Shown piece by piece: positions 1-13,803 of a stretch of 64,000 bases of DNA. Every line of letters starts with the position of its first letter. Within the stretch, counting starts at the first letter, position 1. The notes beneath the pieces are model-generated. The model searched no databases. It saw only the letters and a program-made list of their open reading frames with translations, and was not told the origin of the DNA. The position numbers and the translations under genes are program-made. This stretch comes from Escherichia coli (GTDB taxonomy: Bacteria; Pseudomonadota; Gammaproteobacteria; Enterobacterales; Enterobacteriaceae): NCBI RefSeq assembly GCF_001677475.2, contig NZ_CP015229.1. The stretch is one strand, 5' to 3'.

Positions 1-127
1 ATATGGATGATATTGAGAGAGAAATAGAAAAGATAAAATGTTGGGAGAAGCCGGGTGATTAATATAAAACGGGAAGGCATGTAGCCTTCCCGTTGAGCCT
101 GTCAATCATTCTGTGTAAATGCCTTTC

Positions 128-583
128 TCAGAAGTGACCGTCAAGGCAGTCCCCGAACTCGATAATAAAGCGACTCATGGCTATCCGCCAGTCCTGAAGT
201 GGCATCGTCCATTTCTGTGAGGCTGACTGGATAGCCAGCCACACCACTTTTTTCACCGAGTCGTCTGTCGGGAACACTTTCCGTTTCTTTATCGCATGTC
301 TGATGACGCTATTCAGCGATTCGATTGCGTTAGTGGTGTAGATAACCTTGCGGATCGCCTCCGGGTACACGAAGAAGGTGGCAACATTCGGCCAGTTTGC
401 CCGCCAGCTGCGACTTATCTGCGGGTACCGTGCATCCCATTCCTTCCCGAACGCATCCAGCGCCTGCAACGTGCCTTCTTCCGTGGCTGCGCGGTAAACC
501 TGTTTCAGGTCACGGGTTACCGCTTTATAGTCTTTCCACGCCACGAACCGCAGGCTGTTGCGTACCATGTGTACTATGCACAA
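128..583 (-). pseudogene. IS256 (Mutator)-family transposase, C-terminal remnant; N-terminal two thirds absent
   Basis: 151-aa ORF carries the family C-terminal signature (...YTTNAIESLNSVIRH...); full-length members are ~400 aa; upstream coding sequence missing. Confidence 0.6.
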
Positions 584-742
584 CTGGATCTGCGTCTCAG
601 GGAAAGATCACGTAACGCTACTTTTTTGTACTAAATAATTGGCATTTTATGTTTAAAAATTGAGATATTCCTCATTACCTAAAGCTGTTTTTTTATTGCT
701 TATACATGATCAAGTACTCCTTACATAATTAAGGAGAACAAA

Positions 743-1534
743 ATGGAACTTAAAAAATTGATGGAACATATTTCTATTATTCCCGATTACAGACAAGCCT
801 GGAAAGTGGAGCATAAATTGTCAGATATTCTACTGTTGACTATTTGTGCCGTTATTTCTGGTGCAGAAGGTTGGGAAGGTATAGAGGATTTTGGGGAAAC
901 ACATCTCGATTTTTTGAAGCAATATGGTGATTTTGAAAATGGTATTCCTGTTCACGATACTATTGCCAGAGTTGTATCCTGTATCAGTCCTGCAAAATTT
1001 CATGAGTGCTTTATTAACTGGATGCAAGATTGCCATACTTCAGATGATAAAGACGTCATCGCAATTGATGGAAAAACACTTCGGCATTCTTATGACAAGC
1101 GTCGCCGCAAGGGAGCGATTCATGTCATTAGTGCGTTCTCAACAATGCACAGTCTGGTCATCGGACAGCTCAAGACGGATGAGAAATCTAATGAGATTAC
1201 AGCTATCCCTGAACTTCTTAACATGTTGGATATTAAAGGAAAAATTATCACAACTGATGCGATGGGTTGCCAGAAAGATATCGCAGAGAAGATACAAAAA
1301 CAGGGCGGTGATTATTTATTCGCTGTAAAAGGAAATCAGGGGCGGCTTAATAAAGCCTTTGAGGAAAAATTTCCACTGAAAGAATTAAATAATCCAGAGC
1401 ATGACAGTTACGCAATGAGTGAAAAGAGTCACGGCAGAGAAGAAATCCGTCTTCATATTGTTTGCGATGTCCCTGATGAACTTATTGATTTTACGTTTGA
1501 ATCGAAAGGGCAGCTATGGACAGAAACTACCTGA
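743..1534 (+). CDS. ybfD: H-repeat-associated (ISAs1-family) transposase-like protein, truncated; YbfD-like
   Basis: 263-aa ORF resembling the N-terminal part of Rhs H-repeat ORF-H proteins; lies immediately upstream of ybgA as in K-12. Confidence 0.6.
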   Translation: MELKKLMEHISIIPDYRQAWKVEHKLSDILLLTICAVISGAEGWEGIEDFGETHLDFLKQYGDFENGIPVHDTIARVVSCISPAKFHECFINWMQDCHTSDDKDVIAIDGKTLRHSYDKRRRKGAIHVISAFSTMHSLVIGQLKTDEKSNEITAIPELLNMLDIKGKIITTDAMGCQKDIAEKIQKQGGDYLFAVKGNQGRLNKAFEEKFPLKELNNPEHDSYAMSEKSHGREEIRLHIVCDVPDELIDFTFESKGQLWTETT

Positions 1535-1651
1535 CGTCAGTCCTTGCGGGGAGCGGGCTTTCGTAATCTTGCCCTGCTACAACAGGATTAACTTCACAAA
1601 CATCATTTACCAACGTCTACACTTACTCCTGTTAATATCTCAGGAGCAGTA

Positions 1652-2161
1652 ATGAATCAGCAACGATTTGATGACAGCACCCTAATCCGTATCTTCGCCC
1701 TTCATGAGTTACATCGACTGAAAGAACATGGCTTAACGCGCGGGGCGCTTCTCGATTATCACAGCCGCTATAAACTCGTCTTTCTGGCTCATTCCCAGCC
1801 GGAATACCGCAAACTTGGCCCGTTTGTGGCTGATATTCATCGGTGGCAAAGTCTGGATGACTATTACAACCAGTACCGCCAACGCGTAATTGTTTTGCTT
1901 TCTCACCCCGCCAACACGCGCGATCACACTAACGTTTTGATGCACGTTCAGGGATATTTTCGCCCACATATTGATTCCACAGAACGCCAGCAGCTGGCGG
2001 CGCTTATCGACAGTTATCGCGGTGGCGAGCAACCGCTTCTTGCGCCGCTGATGCGTATCAAACACTATATGGCGCTTTATCCTGACGCCTGGCTTTCAGG
2101 GCAGCGTTATTTCGAACTTTGGCCGCGTGTGATTAACTTGCGCCATTCAGGAGTTTTATGA
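1652..2161 (+). CDS. ybgA: DUF1722 protein YbgA
   Basis: 169-aa ORF; 4-bp overlap with phr start (ATGA), same arrangement as K-12 ybgA-phr. Confidence 0.9.
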   Translation: MNQQRFDDSTLIRIFALHELHRLKEHGLTRGALLDYHSRYKLVFLAHSQPEYRKLGPFVADIHRWQSLDDYYNQYRQRVIVLLSHPANTRDHTNVLMHVQGYFRPHIDSTERQQLAALIDSYRGGEQPLLAPLMRIKHYMALYPDAWLSGQRYFELWPRVINLRHSGVL

Positions 2162-3576
2162 CTACCCATCTGGTCTGGTTTCGCCAGGATTTACGTCAGC
2201 ACGATAATCTCGCGCTGGCTGCCGCCTGCCGCAATTCGTCTGCGCGCGTGCTGGCGTTGTATATCGCTACCCCACGCCAGTGGGCGGCGCATAATGTGTC
2301 GCCGCGTCAGGCTGAACTTATCAATACACAACTTAATGCGCTGCAAAACGCGCTGGCGGAAAAAGGTATTCCTTTATTGTTCCGTGAAGTGGATGACTTT
2401 GTCGCCAGCGTCGAAATAGTTAAACAGGTGTGCGCGGAAAACCGCGTTACTCATCTTTTTTATAACTATCAGTATGAGGTGAATGAGCGGGCGCGGGATG
2501 TGGAAGTTGAAAGAGCGCTGCGTAACGTGGTGTGTGAAGGATTTGATGACAGCGTGATCCTGCCGCCGGGGGCGGTGATGACTGGCAATCATGAGATGTA
2601 CAAAGTCTTTACGCCATTTAAAAACGCCTGGCTGAAACGGCTGCGGGAAGGGATGCCGGAGTGCGTCGCTGCGCCAAAAGTACGTAGTAGTGGATCGATA
2701 GATCCCGCGCCATCCATTACGCTGAATTACCCTCGTCAGTCTTTCGATACTGCGCATTTCCCGGTGGAAGAAAAAGCGGCGATTGCGCAATTACGCCAGT
2801 TTTGCCAGAACGGTGCCGGAGAGTACGAGCAACAGCGAGATTTCCCTGCGGTAGAAGGCACCAGCCGTTTGTCCGCCAGCCTGGCAACGGGCGGGTTATC
2901 GCCTCGCCAGTGTCTGCATCGCCTGTTGGCGGAACAGCCGCAGGCGCTGGACGGTGGGGCCGGTAGTATCTGGCTTAATGAGCTGATCTGGCGCGAGTTT
3001 TACCGTCATCTGATAACGTATTACCCCTCGCTGTGTAAACATCGTCCGTTTATTGTCTGGACCGACCGCGTGCAGTGGCAGAGCAATTCCACGCATTTAA
3101 AGGCCTGGCAGGAAGGCAAAACGGGATACCCGATTGTTGATGCTGCCATGCGTCAGCTTAACAGCACTGGCTGGATGCATAACCGGCTACGGATGATTAC
3201 AGCCAGTTTTTTGGTGAAAGATTTATTGATCGACTGGCGCGAAGGTGAGCGATATTTCATGTCGCAGCTGATTGATGGTGATTTGGCAGCCAATAACGGT
3301 GGCTGGCAGTGGGCCGCTTCAACCGGAACCGATGCAGCGCCGTATTTTCGTATTTTTAATCCGACAACCCAGGGCGAGAAATTTGACTGCGAAGGCGAGT
3401 TTATCCGCCGGTGGCTACCAGAGTTGCGCGATGTACCAGGGAAAGCGGTGCATGAGCCGTGGAATTGGGCAGATAAATCAGGTGTGACGCTGGATTATCC
3501 GCAACCGATAGTCGATCACAAAGAAGCGAGAGTACGAACGTTGGCAGCGTATGAGGCGGCGAGGAAGGGGAAATAA
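2158..3576 (+). CDS. phr: deoxyribodipyrimidine photolyase
   Basis: 472-aa ORF with photolyase/cryptochrome FAD-binding C-terminal region (WMHNRLRM..., GGWQW...). Confidence 0.95.
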   Translation: MTTHLVWFRQDLRQHDNLALAAACRNSSARVLALYIATPRQWAAHNVSPRQAELINTQLNALQNALAEKGIPLLFREVDDFVASVEIVKQVCAENRVTHLFYNYQYEVNERARDVEVERALRNVVCEGFDDSVILPPGAVMTGNHEMYKVFTPFKNAWLKRLREGMPECVAAPKVRSSGSIDPAPSITLNYPRQSFDTAHFPVEEKAAIAQLRQFCQNGAGEYEQQRDFPAVEGTSRLSASLATGGLSPRQCLHRLLAEQPQALDGGAGSIWLNELIWREFYRHLITYYPSLCKHRPFIVWTDRVQWQSNSTHLKAWQEGKTGYPIVDAAMRQLNSTGWMHNRLRMITASFLVKDLLIDWREGERYFMSQLIDGDLAANNGGWQWAASTGTDAAPYFRIFNPTTQGEKFDCEGEFIRRWLPELRDVPGKAVHEPWNWADKSGVTLDYPQPIVDHKEARVRTLAAYEAARKGK

Positions 3577-4147
3577 CAGACGCGTCAGGCAATCTTGCCC
3601 GGATGCCGGATACTGCGTGATGAACTGCACCCCAAATGTTGGACATAATCTGACATCTGAAGGTGCAGTTTATGAAACATTCATTTGAAGTAAAACTTGC
3701 CGCTGTAAATCATTACCTGGCTGGTCATGCAGGCATCATTTCTACGGCAAAACTCTTTCAACTTTCTCACACCAGCCTCTCACACTGGATTAATCTTTTT
3801 CTTCTTCACGGTCCTCGGGCACTGGATTGCAGACACAAGCGTAGCTATTCTCCTGAAGATAAACTTTGCGTGGTTCTTTATGCTCTCGGGCATTCTGAGT
3901 CTCTACCCCGGGTAGCTGCCCGGTTTAACATTCCCAGCCACAACACGGTTAAAAACTGGATAAAAGGCTACCGCAAATCTGGTAATGAGGCCTTTATCAG
4001 GCGCAGGAAGGAGAAAAGCATGACCCGTTCTGATGATACCCATGAAAACGAGGCAAACATGACGCCGGAAGAGATGAAGAATGAGCTGCGTTATCTTCGC
4101 GCAGAAAATGCATATCTGAAAGCCATGCAGGAGCATCTCCTGGAAAA

Positions 4148-5052
<905 letters not shown>

Positions 5053-5110
5053 GAACGCCTTCTCCGGCTTGGCAAATAGTGCAAATTCAATATATTGCAG
5101 GGACATCCAG

Positions 5111-5143
5111 GCCTGATAAGACGCATTAAGCGTCGCATCAGGC
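5111..5143. repeat. REP/PU-like palindromic element
   Basis: gcctgataagacgcattaagcgtcgcatcaggc, imperfect palindrome of REP type in the IS-dtpD spacer. Confidence 0.55.
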
Positions 5144-5158
5144 ATCGGTGCTGGCCTG

Positions 5159-6823
<1,665 letters not shown>

Positions 6824-6910
6824 TTAATATGTCAAAAGATTGGCTATCGACGAACAGGCGAGGTAACGCTATGTTAACGGAGTAGCTATCAGAATACGGA
6901 AGGCGCGAAG

Positions 6911-7654
6911 ATGAAAAACACCGAACTGGAACAACTGATTAACGAAAAACTGAACAGCGCGGCGATTAGTGATTACGCGCCGAATGGTTTGCAGGTGGAA
7001 GGCAAAGAGACGGTGCAAAAAATTGTTACCGGTGTCACTGCCAGCCAGGCTTTGCTCGATGAGGCAGTGCGTCTGGGCGCGGATGCGGTCATTGTGCATC
7101 ATGGCTACTTCTGGAAAGGCGAATCTCCGGTCATTCGCGGCATGAAGCGTAACCGTTTAAAAACGTTGCTGGCGAATGATATCAACCTGTATGGCTGGCA
7201 TTTGCCGCTTGACGCACATCCTGAACTGGGCAATAACGCACAGCTGGCGGCGTTACTGGGGATCACGGTCATGGGCGAAATTGAGCCGTTGGTGCCGTGG
7301 GGCGAACTGACTATGCCTGTGCCGGGACTGGAGCTGGCTTCCTGGATTGAAGCGCGTCTGGGACGTAAGCCGTTATGGTGTGGCGATACCGGACCTGAGG
7401 TGGTCCAGCGCGTCGCCTGGTGCACGGGCGGCGGGCAAAGTTTTATCGATAGCGCCGCGCGTTTTGGCGTGGATGCTTTTATTACTGGCGAAGTTTCTGA
7501 ACAGACCATTCATTCAGCCCGCGAGCAGGGATTGCATTTTTATGCTGCGGGTCACCATGCCACTGAACGCGGTGGTATTCGCGCATTGAGCGAGTGGCTG
7601 AATGAAAATACCGATCTTGATGTGACCTTTATTGATATTCCTAATCCTGCATAA
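6911..7654 (+). CDS. ybgI: NIF3-family metal-binding protein (GTP cyclohydrolase 1 type 2 homolog)
   Basis: 247-aa ORF, first gene of ybgI-pxpBCA cluster. Confidence 0.93.
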   Translation: MKNTELEQLINEKLNSAAISDYAPNGLQVEGKETVQKIVTGVTASQALLDEAVRLGADAVIVHHGYFWKGESPVIRGMKRNRLKTLLANDINLYGWHLPLDAHPELGNNAQLAALLGITVMGEIEPLVPWGELTMPVPGLELASWIEARLGRKPLWCGDTGPEVVQRVAWCTGGGQSFIDSAARFGVDAFITGEVSEQTIHSAREQGLHFYAAGHHATERGGIRALSEWLNENTDLDVTFIDIPNPA

Positions 7655-7676
7655 CGAATAATCAGAGGGATCGAAA

Positions 7677-8333
7677 GTGCAACGAGCGCGTTGTTATCTG
7701 ATAGGTGAAACGGCGGTAGTACTGGAACTGGAACCGCCGGTGACGCTGGCTAGCCAGAAACGGATCTGGCGACTGGCACAGCGTCTGGTGGATATGCCGA
7801 ATGTGGTTGAAGCCATTCCTGGCATGAACAATATCACAGTGATTTTGCGTAATCCTGAGTCGCTGGCGCTGGATGCCATAGAGCGTTTGCAACGCTGGTG
7901 GGAGGAGAGTGAGGCGCTGGAGCCGGAGTCTCGCTTTATTGAAATTCCGGTGGTTTACGGTGGCGCAGCCGGACCGGATTTGGCGGTGGTCGCGGCGCAT
8001 TGTGGATTGAGCGAAAAACAGGTTGTTGAATTGCACTCCTCCGTGGAATACGTGGTCTGGTTTTTAGGTTTTCAACCGGGCTTCCCGTATCTCGGGAGTT
8101 TGCCGGAACAACTACACACGCCACGGCGCGCTGAACCGCGCTTGCTCGTTCCGGCAGGTTCTGTCGGGATCGGCGGGCCGCAGACCGGTGTTTATCCGCT
8201 GGCAACGCCGGGTGGCTGGCAGTTGATTGGTCATACATCACTCAGCCTGTTTGATCCGGCGCGTGACGAACCCATCTTATTACGTCCGGGAGACAGCGTG
8301 CGCTTTGTACCCCAGAAGGAGGGAGTATGCTGA
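7677..8333 (+). CDS. pxpB: 5-oxoprolinase subunit B
   Basis: 218-aa ORF, kinase-inhibitor/allophanate-hydrolase-subunit-1-like; synteny. Confidence 0.9.
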   Translation: MQRARCYLIGETAVVLELEPPVTLASQKRIWRLAQRLVDMPNVVEAIPGMNNITVILRNPESLALDAIERLQRWWEESEALEPESRFIEIPVVYGGAAGPDLAVVAAHCGLSEKQVVELHSSVEYVVWFLGFQPGFPYLGSLPEQLHTPRRAEPRLLVPAGSVGIGGPQTGVYPLATPGGWQLIGHTSLSLFDPARDEPILLRPGDSVRFVPQKEGVC

Positions 8334-9252
8334 AGATTATTCGTGCGGGCATGTATACCACTGTGCAGGATGGCGGTCGTCACGGTTTTCGCCAGTCGGG
8401 TATCAGCCACTGCGGCGCACTGGATATGCCCGCGTTACGCATTGCTAACCTACTGGTGGGTAATGACGCCAATGCCCCCGCGCTGGAGATCACGCTCGGT
8501 CAGTTAACGGTTGAGTTCGAAACTGATGGGTGGTTTGCTCTGACGGGGGCCGGTTGCGAAGCGCGGCTGGATGATAACGCCGTCTGGACCGGCTGGCGCT
8601 TGCCGATGAAAGCAGGTCAGCGTTTAACGCTTAAACGCCCGCAGCACGGGATGCGCAGTTATCTGGCGGTCGCGGGTGGTATTGATGTTCCGCCGGTAAT
8701 GGGGTCATGCAGTACCGATCTCAAAGTGGGGATTGGTGGGCTGGAAGGCCGTTTACTGAAGGATGGTGACCGACTCCCGATGGGTAAATCGAAGCGTGAT
8801 TTTATGGAAGCGCAGGGCGTTTGCTGTGGGGCAACCGCATTCGCGCCTTGCCGGGGCCGGAATATCATGAGTTCGATCGCGCCTCGCAGGATGCATTCTG
8901 GCGTTCGCCCTGGCAGCTTAGTCCGCAAAGTAACCGCATGGGCTATCGCTTACAGGGGCAAATTTTAAAACGCACCACCGATCGCGAACTGTTATCTCAC
9001 GGTTTGTTACCGGGCGTGGTGCAGGTGCCACATAACGGGCAGCCGATTGTGTTGATGAACGACGCACAGACCACCGGTGGTTATCCGCGTATTGCCTGTA
9101 TCATCGAGGCTGATATGTACCATCTGGCGCAAATTCCGCTCGGTCAGCCGATTCATTTTGTCCAGTGTTCACTGGAAGAAGCACTGAAAGCACGGCAAGA
9201 TCAGCAACGTTATTTCGAACAATTAGCGTGGCGGCTGCACAATGAAAATTGA
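8327..9252 (+). pseudogene. pxpC: 5-oxoprolinase subunit C, reading frame broken near 8819-8821
   Basis: Expected single ~310-codon gene is split into two overlapping ORFs (8327..8968 and 8821..9252) in different frames; both halves look like genuine protein sequence. Confidence 0.6.
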
Positions 9253-9976
9253 CCTGAACGCCGATCTGGGCGAAGGCTATGCCAGCGACGCAGAGCTATT
9301 AACGCTGGTTTCCTCTGCCAATATTGCCTGTGGATTTCATGCAGGCGATGCGCAAACCATGCAGGCTTGCGTGCGTGAAGCAATAAAAAATGGTGTTGCG
9401 ATTGGCGCTCACCCGAGTTTTCCCGACAGGGAAAATTTTGGGCGCAGCGTCATGCAGCTGCCGCCAGAAACCGTTTACGCCCAGACGCTGTATCAAATTG
9501 GCGCGCTGGCAACGATTGCCCGTGCGCAAGGCGGTGTTATGCGTCATGTCAAACCTCACGGCATGTTATACAACCAGGCAGCGAAAGAGGCACAACTGGC
9601 AGACGCCATCGCCAGAGCGGTATACGCTTGCGATCCGGCATTGATTCTCGTCGGGCTGGCGGGAAGCGAGCTGATTCGTGCAGGCAAGCAATATGGCCTG
9701 ACAACGCGCGAGGAAGTGTTTGCCGATCGCGGTTACCAGGCTGACGGCTCGCTGGTGCCGCGAAGCCAGCCAGGCGCGTTGATTGAAGACGAAGAACAGG
9801 CGCTTGCGCAAACGTTGGAGATGGTGCAACACGGCAGAGTCAAAAGTATCACCGGCGAATGGGCAACGGTCACGGCGCAAACGGTCTGCCTGCATGGCGA
9901 CGGCGAGCACGCACTGGCATTCGCCCGCCGACTACGCTCTACATTTGCCGAAAAGGGGATTGTTGTCGCAGCATAA
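9242..9976 (+). CDS. pxpA: 5-oxoprolinase subunit A (LamB/YcsF family)
   Basis: 244-aa ORF, LamB/YcsF N-terminus (DLNADLGEG). Confidence 0.93.
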   Translation: MKIDLNADLGEGYASDAELLTLVSSANIACGFHAGDAQTMQACVREAIKNGVAIGAHPSFPDRENFGRSVMQLPPETVYAQTLYQIGALATIARAQGGVMRHVKPHGMLYNQAAKEAQLADAIARAVYACDPALILVGLAGSELIRAGKQYGLTTREEVFADRGYQADGSLVPRSQPGALIEDEEQALAQTLEMVQHGRVKSITGEWATVTAQTVCLHGDGEHALAFARRLRSTFAEKGIVVAA

Positions 9977-10011
9977 CCCCGTTTAATAAAGAATGAAAAA
10001 AGGATATCACC

Positions 10012-10803
10012 ATGCCTGAAGGCCCGGAGATCCGCCGTGCAGCGGATAACCTGGAGGCGGCGATCAAAGGCAAACCACTAACTGATGTCTGGTTTGCCTT
10101 CCCGCAGTTAAAATCTTATCAATCACAACTTATCGGTCAACACGTTACCCATGTGGAAACGCGTGGTAAGGCGTTGTTAACTCATTTTTCCAACGAATTA
10201 ACGCTCTACAGCCATAATCAGCTTTACGGCGTCTGGCGCGTGGTTGATACCGGCGAAGAGCCGCAGACTACGCGAGTATTGCGGGTAAAACTGCAAACGG
10301 TTGACAAAACTATTCTGCTTTATAGCGCCTCGGATATTGAGATGTTGACGCCGGAACAACTGATCACGCATCCGTTTTTACAACGAGTCGGCCCCGATGT
10401 GCTGGATCCGAATCTGACGCCGGAGGTGGTAAAGGAACGGTTATTGTCGCCGCGCTTTCGTAACCGTCAGTTTGCTGGATTACTGCTCGATCAGGCGTTT
10501 CTGGCTGGGCTTGGCAATTATTTGCGGGTGGAGATCCTCTGGCAGGTTGGGTTGACTGGAAATCATAAAGCGAAAGATCTCAATGCGGCGCAACTGGATG
10601 CACTCGCACACGCGTTACTGGATATTCCTCGATTTTCCTACGCTACGCGGGGGCAGGTGGATGAGAATAAGCATCATGGGGCGCTGTTTCGCTTTAAGGT
10701 TTTTCATCGTGATGGCGAACTGTGCGAACGCTGTGGCGGCATCATTGAGAAAACCACGCTGTCATCTCGCCCGTTTTACTGGTGCCCTGGCTGTCAGCAC
10801 TAG
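10012..10803 (+). CDS. nei: endonuclease VIII (DNA glycosylase/AP lyase)
   Basis: 263-aa ORF, N-terminal MPEGPEI catalytic motif, C-terminal zinc finger CxxC...CxxC. Confidence 0.95.
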   Translation: MPEGPEIRRAADNLEAAIKGKPLTDVWFAFPQLKSYQSQLIGQHVTHVETRGKALLTHFSNELTLYSHNQLYGVWRVVDTGEEPQTTRVLRVKLQTVDKTILLYSASDIEMLTPEQLITHPFLQRVGPDVLDPNLTPEVVKERLLSPRFRNRQFAGLLLDQAFLAGLGNYLRVEILWQVGLTGNHKAKDLNAAQLDALAHALLDIPRFSYATRGQVDENKHHGALFRFKVFHRDGELCERCGGIIEKTTLSSRPFYWCPGCQH

Positions 10804-11846
10804 GCCGTACGTTTCGGCGCATAGGTTGAAATAAACCGCGCAATGGCTGGTCCCGTCAGCAAAATACTGAACAGGCGCAGGGTTTGCATCGCCATAATGA
10901 GCGCCATATCGGCATTGCTCCCTGCGGCGATGACCGCCACGGTATCAAGCCCGCCGGGGCTGGTGGCGAGGTAGGCAGTCATAAAATCAATGTGCATAAA
11001 TCGGGTCAGTCCCCACGCCATACCCGCACAAATAGCCAGCAGAGCAAAAATCGACAGCAGGATTTGTGGCAGTGGGCGCAATGCCCGCAGTAATATTTGT
11101 TTATCGAAACCAAGACCAATCCGCCAACCAATTGCCATATACGCCATCGCCAGCAGCCATTCTGGTAGTTCGATGGTGATGAGCTGACCAGACTGGAGCA
11201 CTGCGCCCGCCAGCATCGGGATGAGCATCGTGCCGGAAGGAAGACGTAGCAAGCATCCCGCCGTACCGGCAACGACCGCGAGCAAAATCGTAAGCAGGAG
11301 ATTAATGCTCACTGGCGGAAACCAGACGATCTGCTGGTTAACCGCTTCAGCGTTATCGCCCAGCATCATGCGGGTGACCAGAACAGCGGCCCCCGCGACG
11401 AACAGCACTCGCAGATATTGCATAAACGCCACCAGGCGAATATCTGCGCCGTAATCTTGCGCCATAGCGACCATTGCCGCCGCGCCGCCAGGAGAGGAAC
11501 CCCAGGCACCGGTATTTCCAGGCAATGAGCTATAGCGCACCAATAACCAACCCACAATGGCGCTGGAAAGCAGCGTTACCAGTAAAATTGCAAGCACGAT
11601 CGGCCAGTTGACGGCCAGGGTGGTGAGAATCGAACCAGTGAGGTTTTGCGCAATCATGCAGCCAAGAATGGCCTGGGCGGCGAGAAAAGCGGAGCGGGGA
11701 AGTTGCAGAGTAATTCCGCGCATACTAAAGATGATCCCGGCGATCATCGGCCCAAGTAATAGCGCCGCCGGGAGATGTACCGCGAGGAAACCAATAGAAA
11801 GGAGAAGTGATAGCACACATAACATTCCCCACTGCAAAACTGGCAT
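10800..11846 (-). CDS. abrB: AbrB-family membrane protein (putative transporter/regulator)
   Basis: Polytopic membrane ORF; track ORF runs to 11924 but the Met at 11846 gives the expected ~348 aa. Confidence 0.85.
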   Translation of the reverse strand: MPVLQWGMLCVLSLLLSIGFLAVHLPAALLLGPMIAGIIFSMRGITLQLPRSAFLAAQAILGCMIAQNLTGSILTTLAVNWPIVLAILLVTLLSSAIVGWLLVRYSSLPGNTGAWGSSPGGAAAMVAMAQDYGADIRLVAFMQYLRVLFVAGAAVLVTRMMLGDNAEAVNQQIVWFPPVSINLLLTILLAVVAGTAGCLLRLPSGTMLIPMLAGAVLQSGQLITIELPEWLLAMAYMAIGWRIGLGFDKQILLRALRPLPQILLSIFALLAICAGMAWGLTRFMHIDFMTAYLATSPGGLDTVAVIAAGSNADMALIMAMQTLRLFSILLTGPAIARFISTYAPKRTA

Positions 11847-12076
11847 CCTTCGCTCCCTCATTATTTTCTCTTTGGTGTATCGATACAGCATAAAGAAAGC
11901 TGGGCCAGGAAAAAATAACAGCAATCAAGGAAAAGGGGAAAATCAGCAATTTTCTGAAAGAGATGCCCTTTCCGGCGGCAAAGGGCATCATGGTAAATCA
12001 GTTATAGTTAATCTTAAAAAGCACCACTGTATCGAAGGGGCCAGCCTCGATGGGGGTGCCTGCAATGGACGAAAGT

Positions 12077-13102
12077 TCAGCAGTATAGGTTTTTTTCGTA
12101 GATCAGCATATCGCTGGTGAAATCGGCGTATTCAGCATATTTATTGAATGTATAAGGCGAGGCGTTTTCATCTAGTAAACGTAGCTTCAGACCATTACCA
12201 ATCAACAATGCTTTATCCTCTTCAATCAATGTTTCTTCGGTATAAAACGAAGAGCTGACCTTAAATCCGTCGGTGCACTGGTCATTTTGTGATTTTGTCG
12301 TCTTAATACTGAATGTTTTCGACATTGTGTGGCGGCGAATATCCAGCAGATTAAATTTACCAAAATCAATCACCTGTGTTTCTGGTGAAATAGAAAAATT
12401 GACGCTGCAATCCAGTACACGAATGTTTTCCAGACCAGTAATATGGTATTTCAGGTTTTGGGCGGTAGGGTCTTCGTTAACGCTACCGGCACCATCAAAT
12501 TGCACGACGATGTAGTCGCTAAGCGTACTTTGATAATCATGCGGCGGCATTTCGCGAATCTTAACGTATAACCGCATACGAGCGAGAAAGGTTCGCGACA
12601 TGTGAATATTAGCGGGGTCACCCGAGCATATTTTGTTCTGCCAGCCCATCGCGATAAGCTGCTCAGGGGTATAAATGTTAATGTTCTTACTGTCGATACA
12701 CTGGTTGGTGTCGATGCGGCTTTTCCCCAGACTGGCATCGTAATCGACACCATTGTATGTCACGCCGAGTTGATAATAACGATCCTGTACCCCTGGGTAG
12801 GGGTTTACCCATGCGTAGACATGTTCGCTTTCAAAGTTGCCGTTGGTATTGTTGTCGCAATAGACGGGAATTTTAATATCGTCAGATTCCCAGATCTTAT
12901 CGCCGAGTTTGGCATTACCTGGCACAGCAAAGGGTTGAATCGCTTCCGATTTTTCTACCGTTCCGCCGGAAGTACCAAAATAGCAGTTCAGCGCTAGCGC
13001 AGACTTCAATGGTAGAAATAACAGACAGATGACGAGCAACAATCCTTTGCCAGTACTCATTTCTTCGCCTCCACTGCTTGTAAACGGCAATGTCCGTTGC
13101 AA
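12077..13102 (-). CDS. ybgO: fimbrial adhesin-like protein of the ybgD chaperone-usher operon
   Basis: 341-aa ORF with signal peptide, last gene of the four-gene minus-strand fimbrial cluster; start uncertain. Confidence 0.75.
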   Translation of the reverse strand: MQRTLPFTSSGGEEMSTGKGLLLVICLLFLPLKSALALNCYFGTSGGTVEKSEAIQPFAVPGNAKLGDKIWESDDIKIPVYCDNNTNGNFESEHVYAWVNPYPGVQDRYYQLGVTYNGVDYDASLGKSRIDTNQCIDSKNINIYTPEQLIAMGWQNKICSGDPANIHMSRTFLARMRLYVKIREMPPHDYQSTLSDYIVVQFDGAGSVNEDPTAQNLKYHITGLENIRVLDCSVNFSISPETQVIDFGKFNLLDIRRHTMSKTFSIKTTKSQNDQCTDGFKVSSSFYTEETLIEEDKALLIGNGLKLRLLDENASPYTFNKYAEYADFTSDMLIYEKNLYC

Positions 13103-13788
13103 TTGAGCGTCGTCATGCGTAACGCGCCGTAATCATCCATATAACCGAGATAAAACTGACTGCCGCTATAACTTCCGGTGTTTGTAATTACTGTACTAAA
13201 AGGCGCAACCATCACGGTTTTGAAGCCCGGGAGAACAGCTTGCTCATTTCGTCCCAGGTAGGCGATTGTCAGGTAATAGCCGGTCGGGTTTTTTAAGTTA
13301 AGTTGATTGCCCTGCTGGCTGACTTGTAACTGTAGCTCGACTTTTTCTCCTGCTTTCTTGCGTAACGCGGACGGTCTCCAGAACACCTTGATACGACTCT
13401 GGATGGCGACCTGCAGAACGGCATGACTGCTGTTTTTTTCTGGGGAGGGAGGAATTTCACGCATATTGTAGAAAAATAGCGTTTCGCGATCGCCAGGTAA
13501 TTTCGCGGTCGAGGCTTGCTTGACTATCCGCACCTGCGTTGTTGCTTTCGGTTCCAGACGTTGTATCGGTGGCAGGGCGACCAGAAGATCGTCGCTTTTC
13601 TCCCCTTTTTCATTTTCGAGCCAGGAATAAGCGAGGTAGGGGAGTTTATCGCTACGATTATCCACTCGCAGGCTGGTGGCTTTATCATTAGCGTTAAACA
13701 CAATGCGAGTGCGATCGGGTTGTAGCGCAGCGTAGCTGCACAGACTGGCAATCAACAACAAAAGGGGAAGTCCTTTCATAAATGTCAT
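13057..13788 (-). CDS. ybgP: periplasmic fimbrial chaperone (PapD-like)
   Basis: 243-aa ORF, signal peptide, pilus-chaperone fold motifs; synteny. Confidence 0.85.
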   Translation of the reverse strand: MTFMKGLPLLLLIASLCSYAALQPDRTRIVFNANDKATSLRVDNRSDKLPYLAYSWLENEKGEKSDDLLVALPPIQRLEPKATTQVRIVKQASTAKLPGDRETLFFYNMREIPPSPEKNSSHAVLQVAIQSRIKVFWRPSALRKKAGEKVELQLQVSQQGNQLNLKNPTGYYLTIAYLGRNEQAVLPGFKTVMVAPFSTVITNTGSYSGSQFYLGYMDDYGALRMTTLNCNGHCRLQAVEAKK

Positions 13789-13803
13789 TTTTCATTTCCT
13801 TAA

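Noticed and set aside
68-94. Hairpin aacgggaagg...ccttcccgtt near the window start as a terminator
   Set aside because: It lies at the very edge of the window next to a transposase fragment, with no clear U-run on the plus strand; context is insufficient to call it.
11557-12120. 187-aa plus-strand ORF overlapping the abrB 5' region
   Set aside because: Antisense to a membrane-protein gene; no recognisable features, and the intergenic remainder is short.
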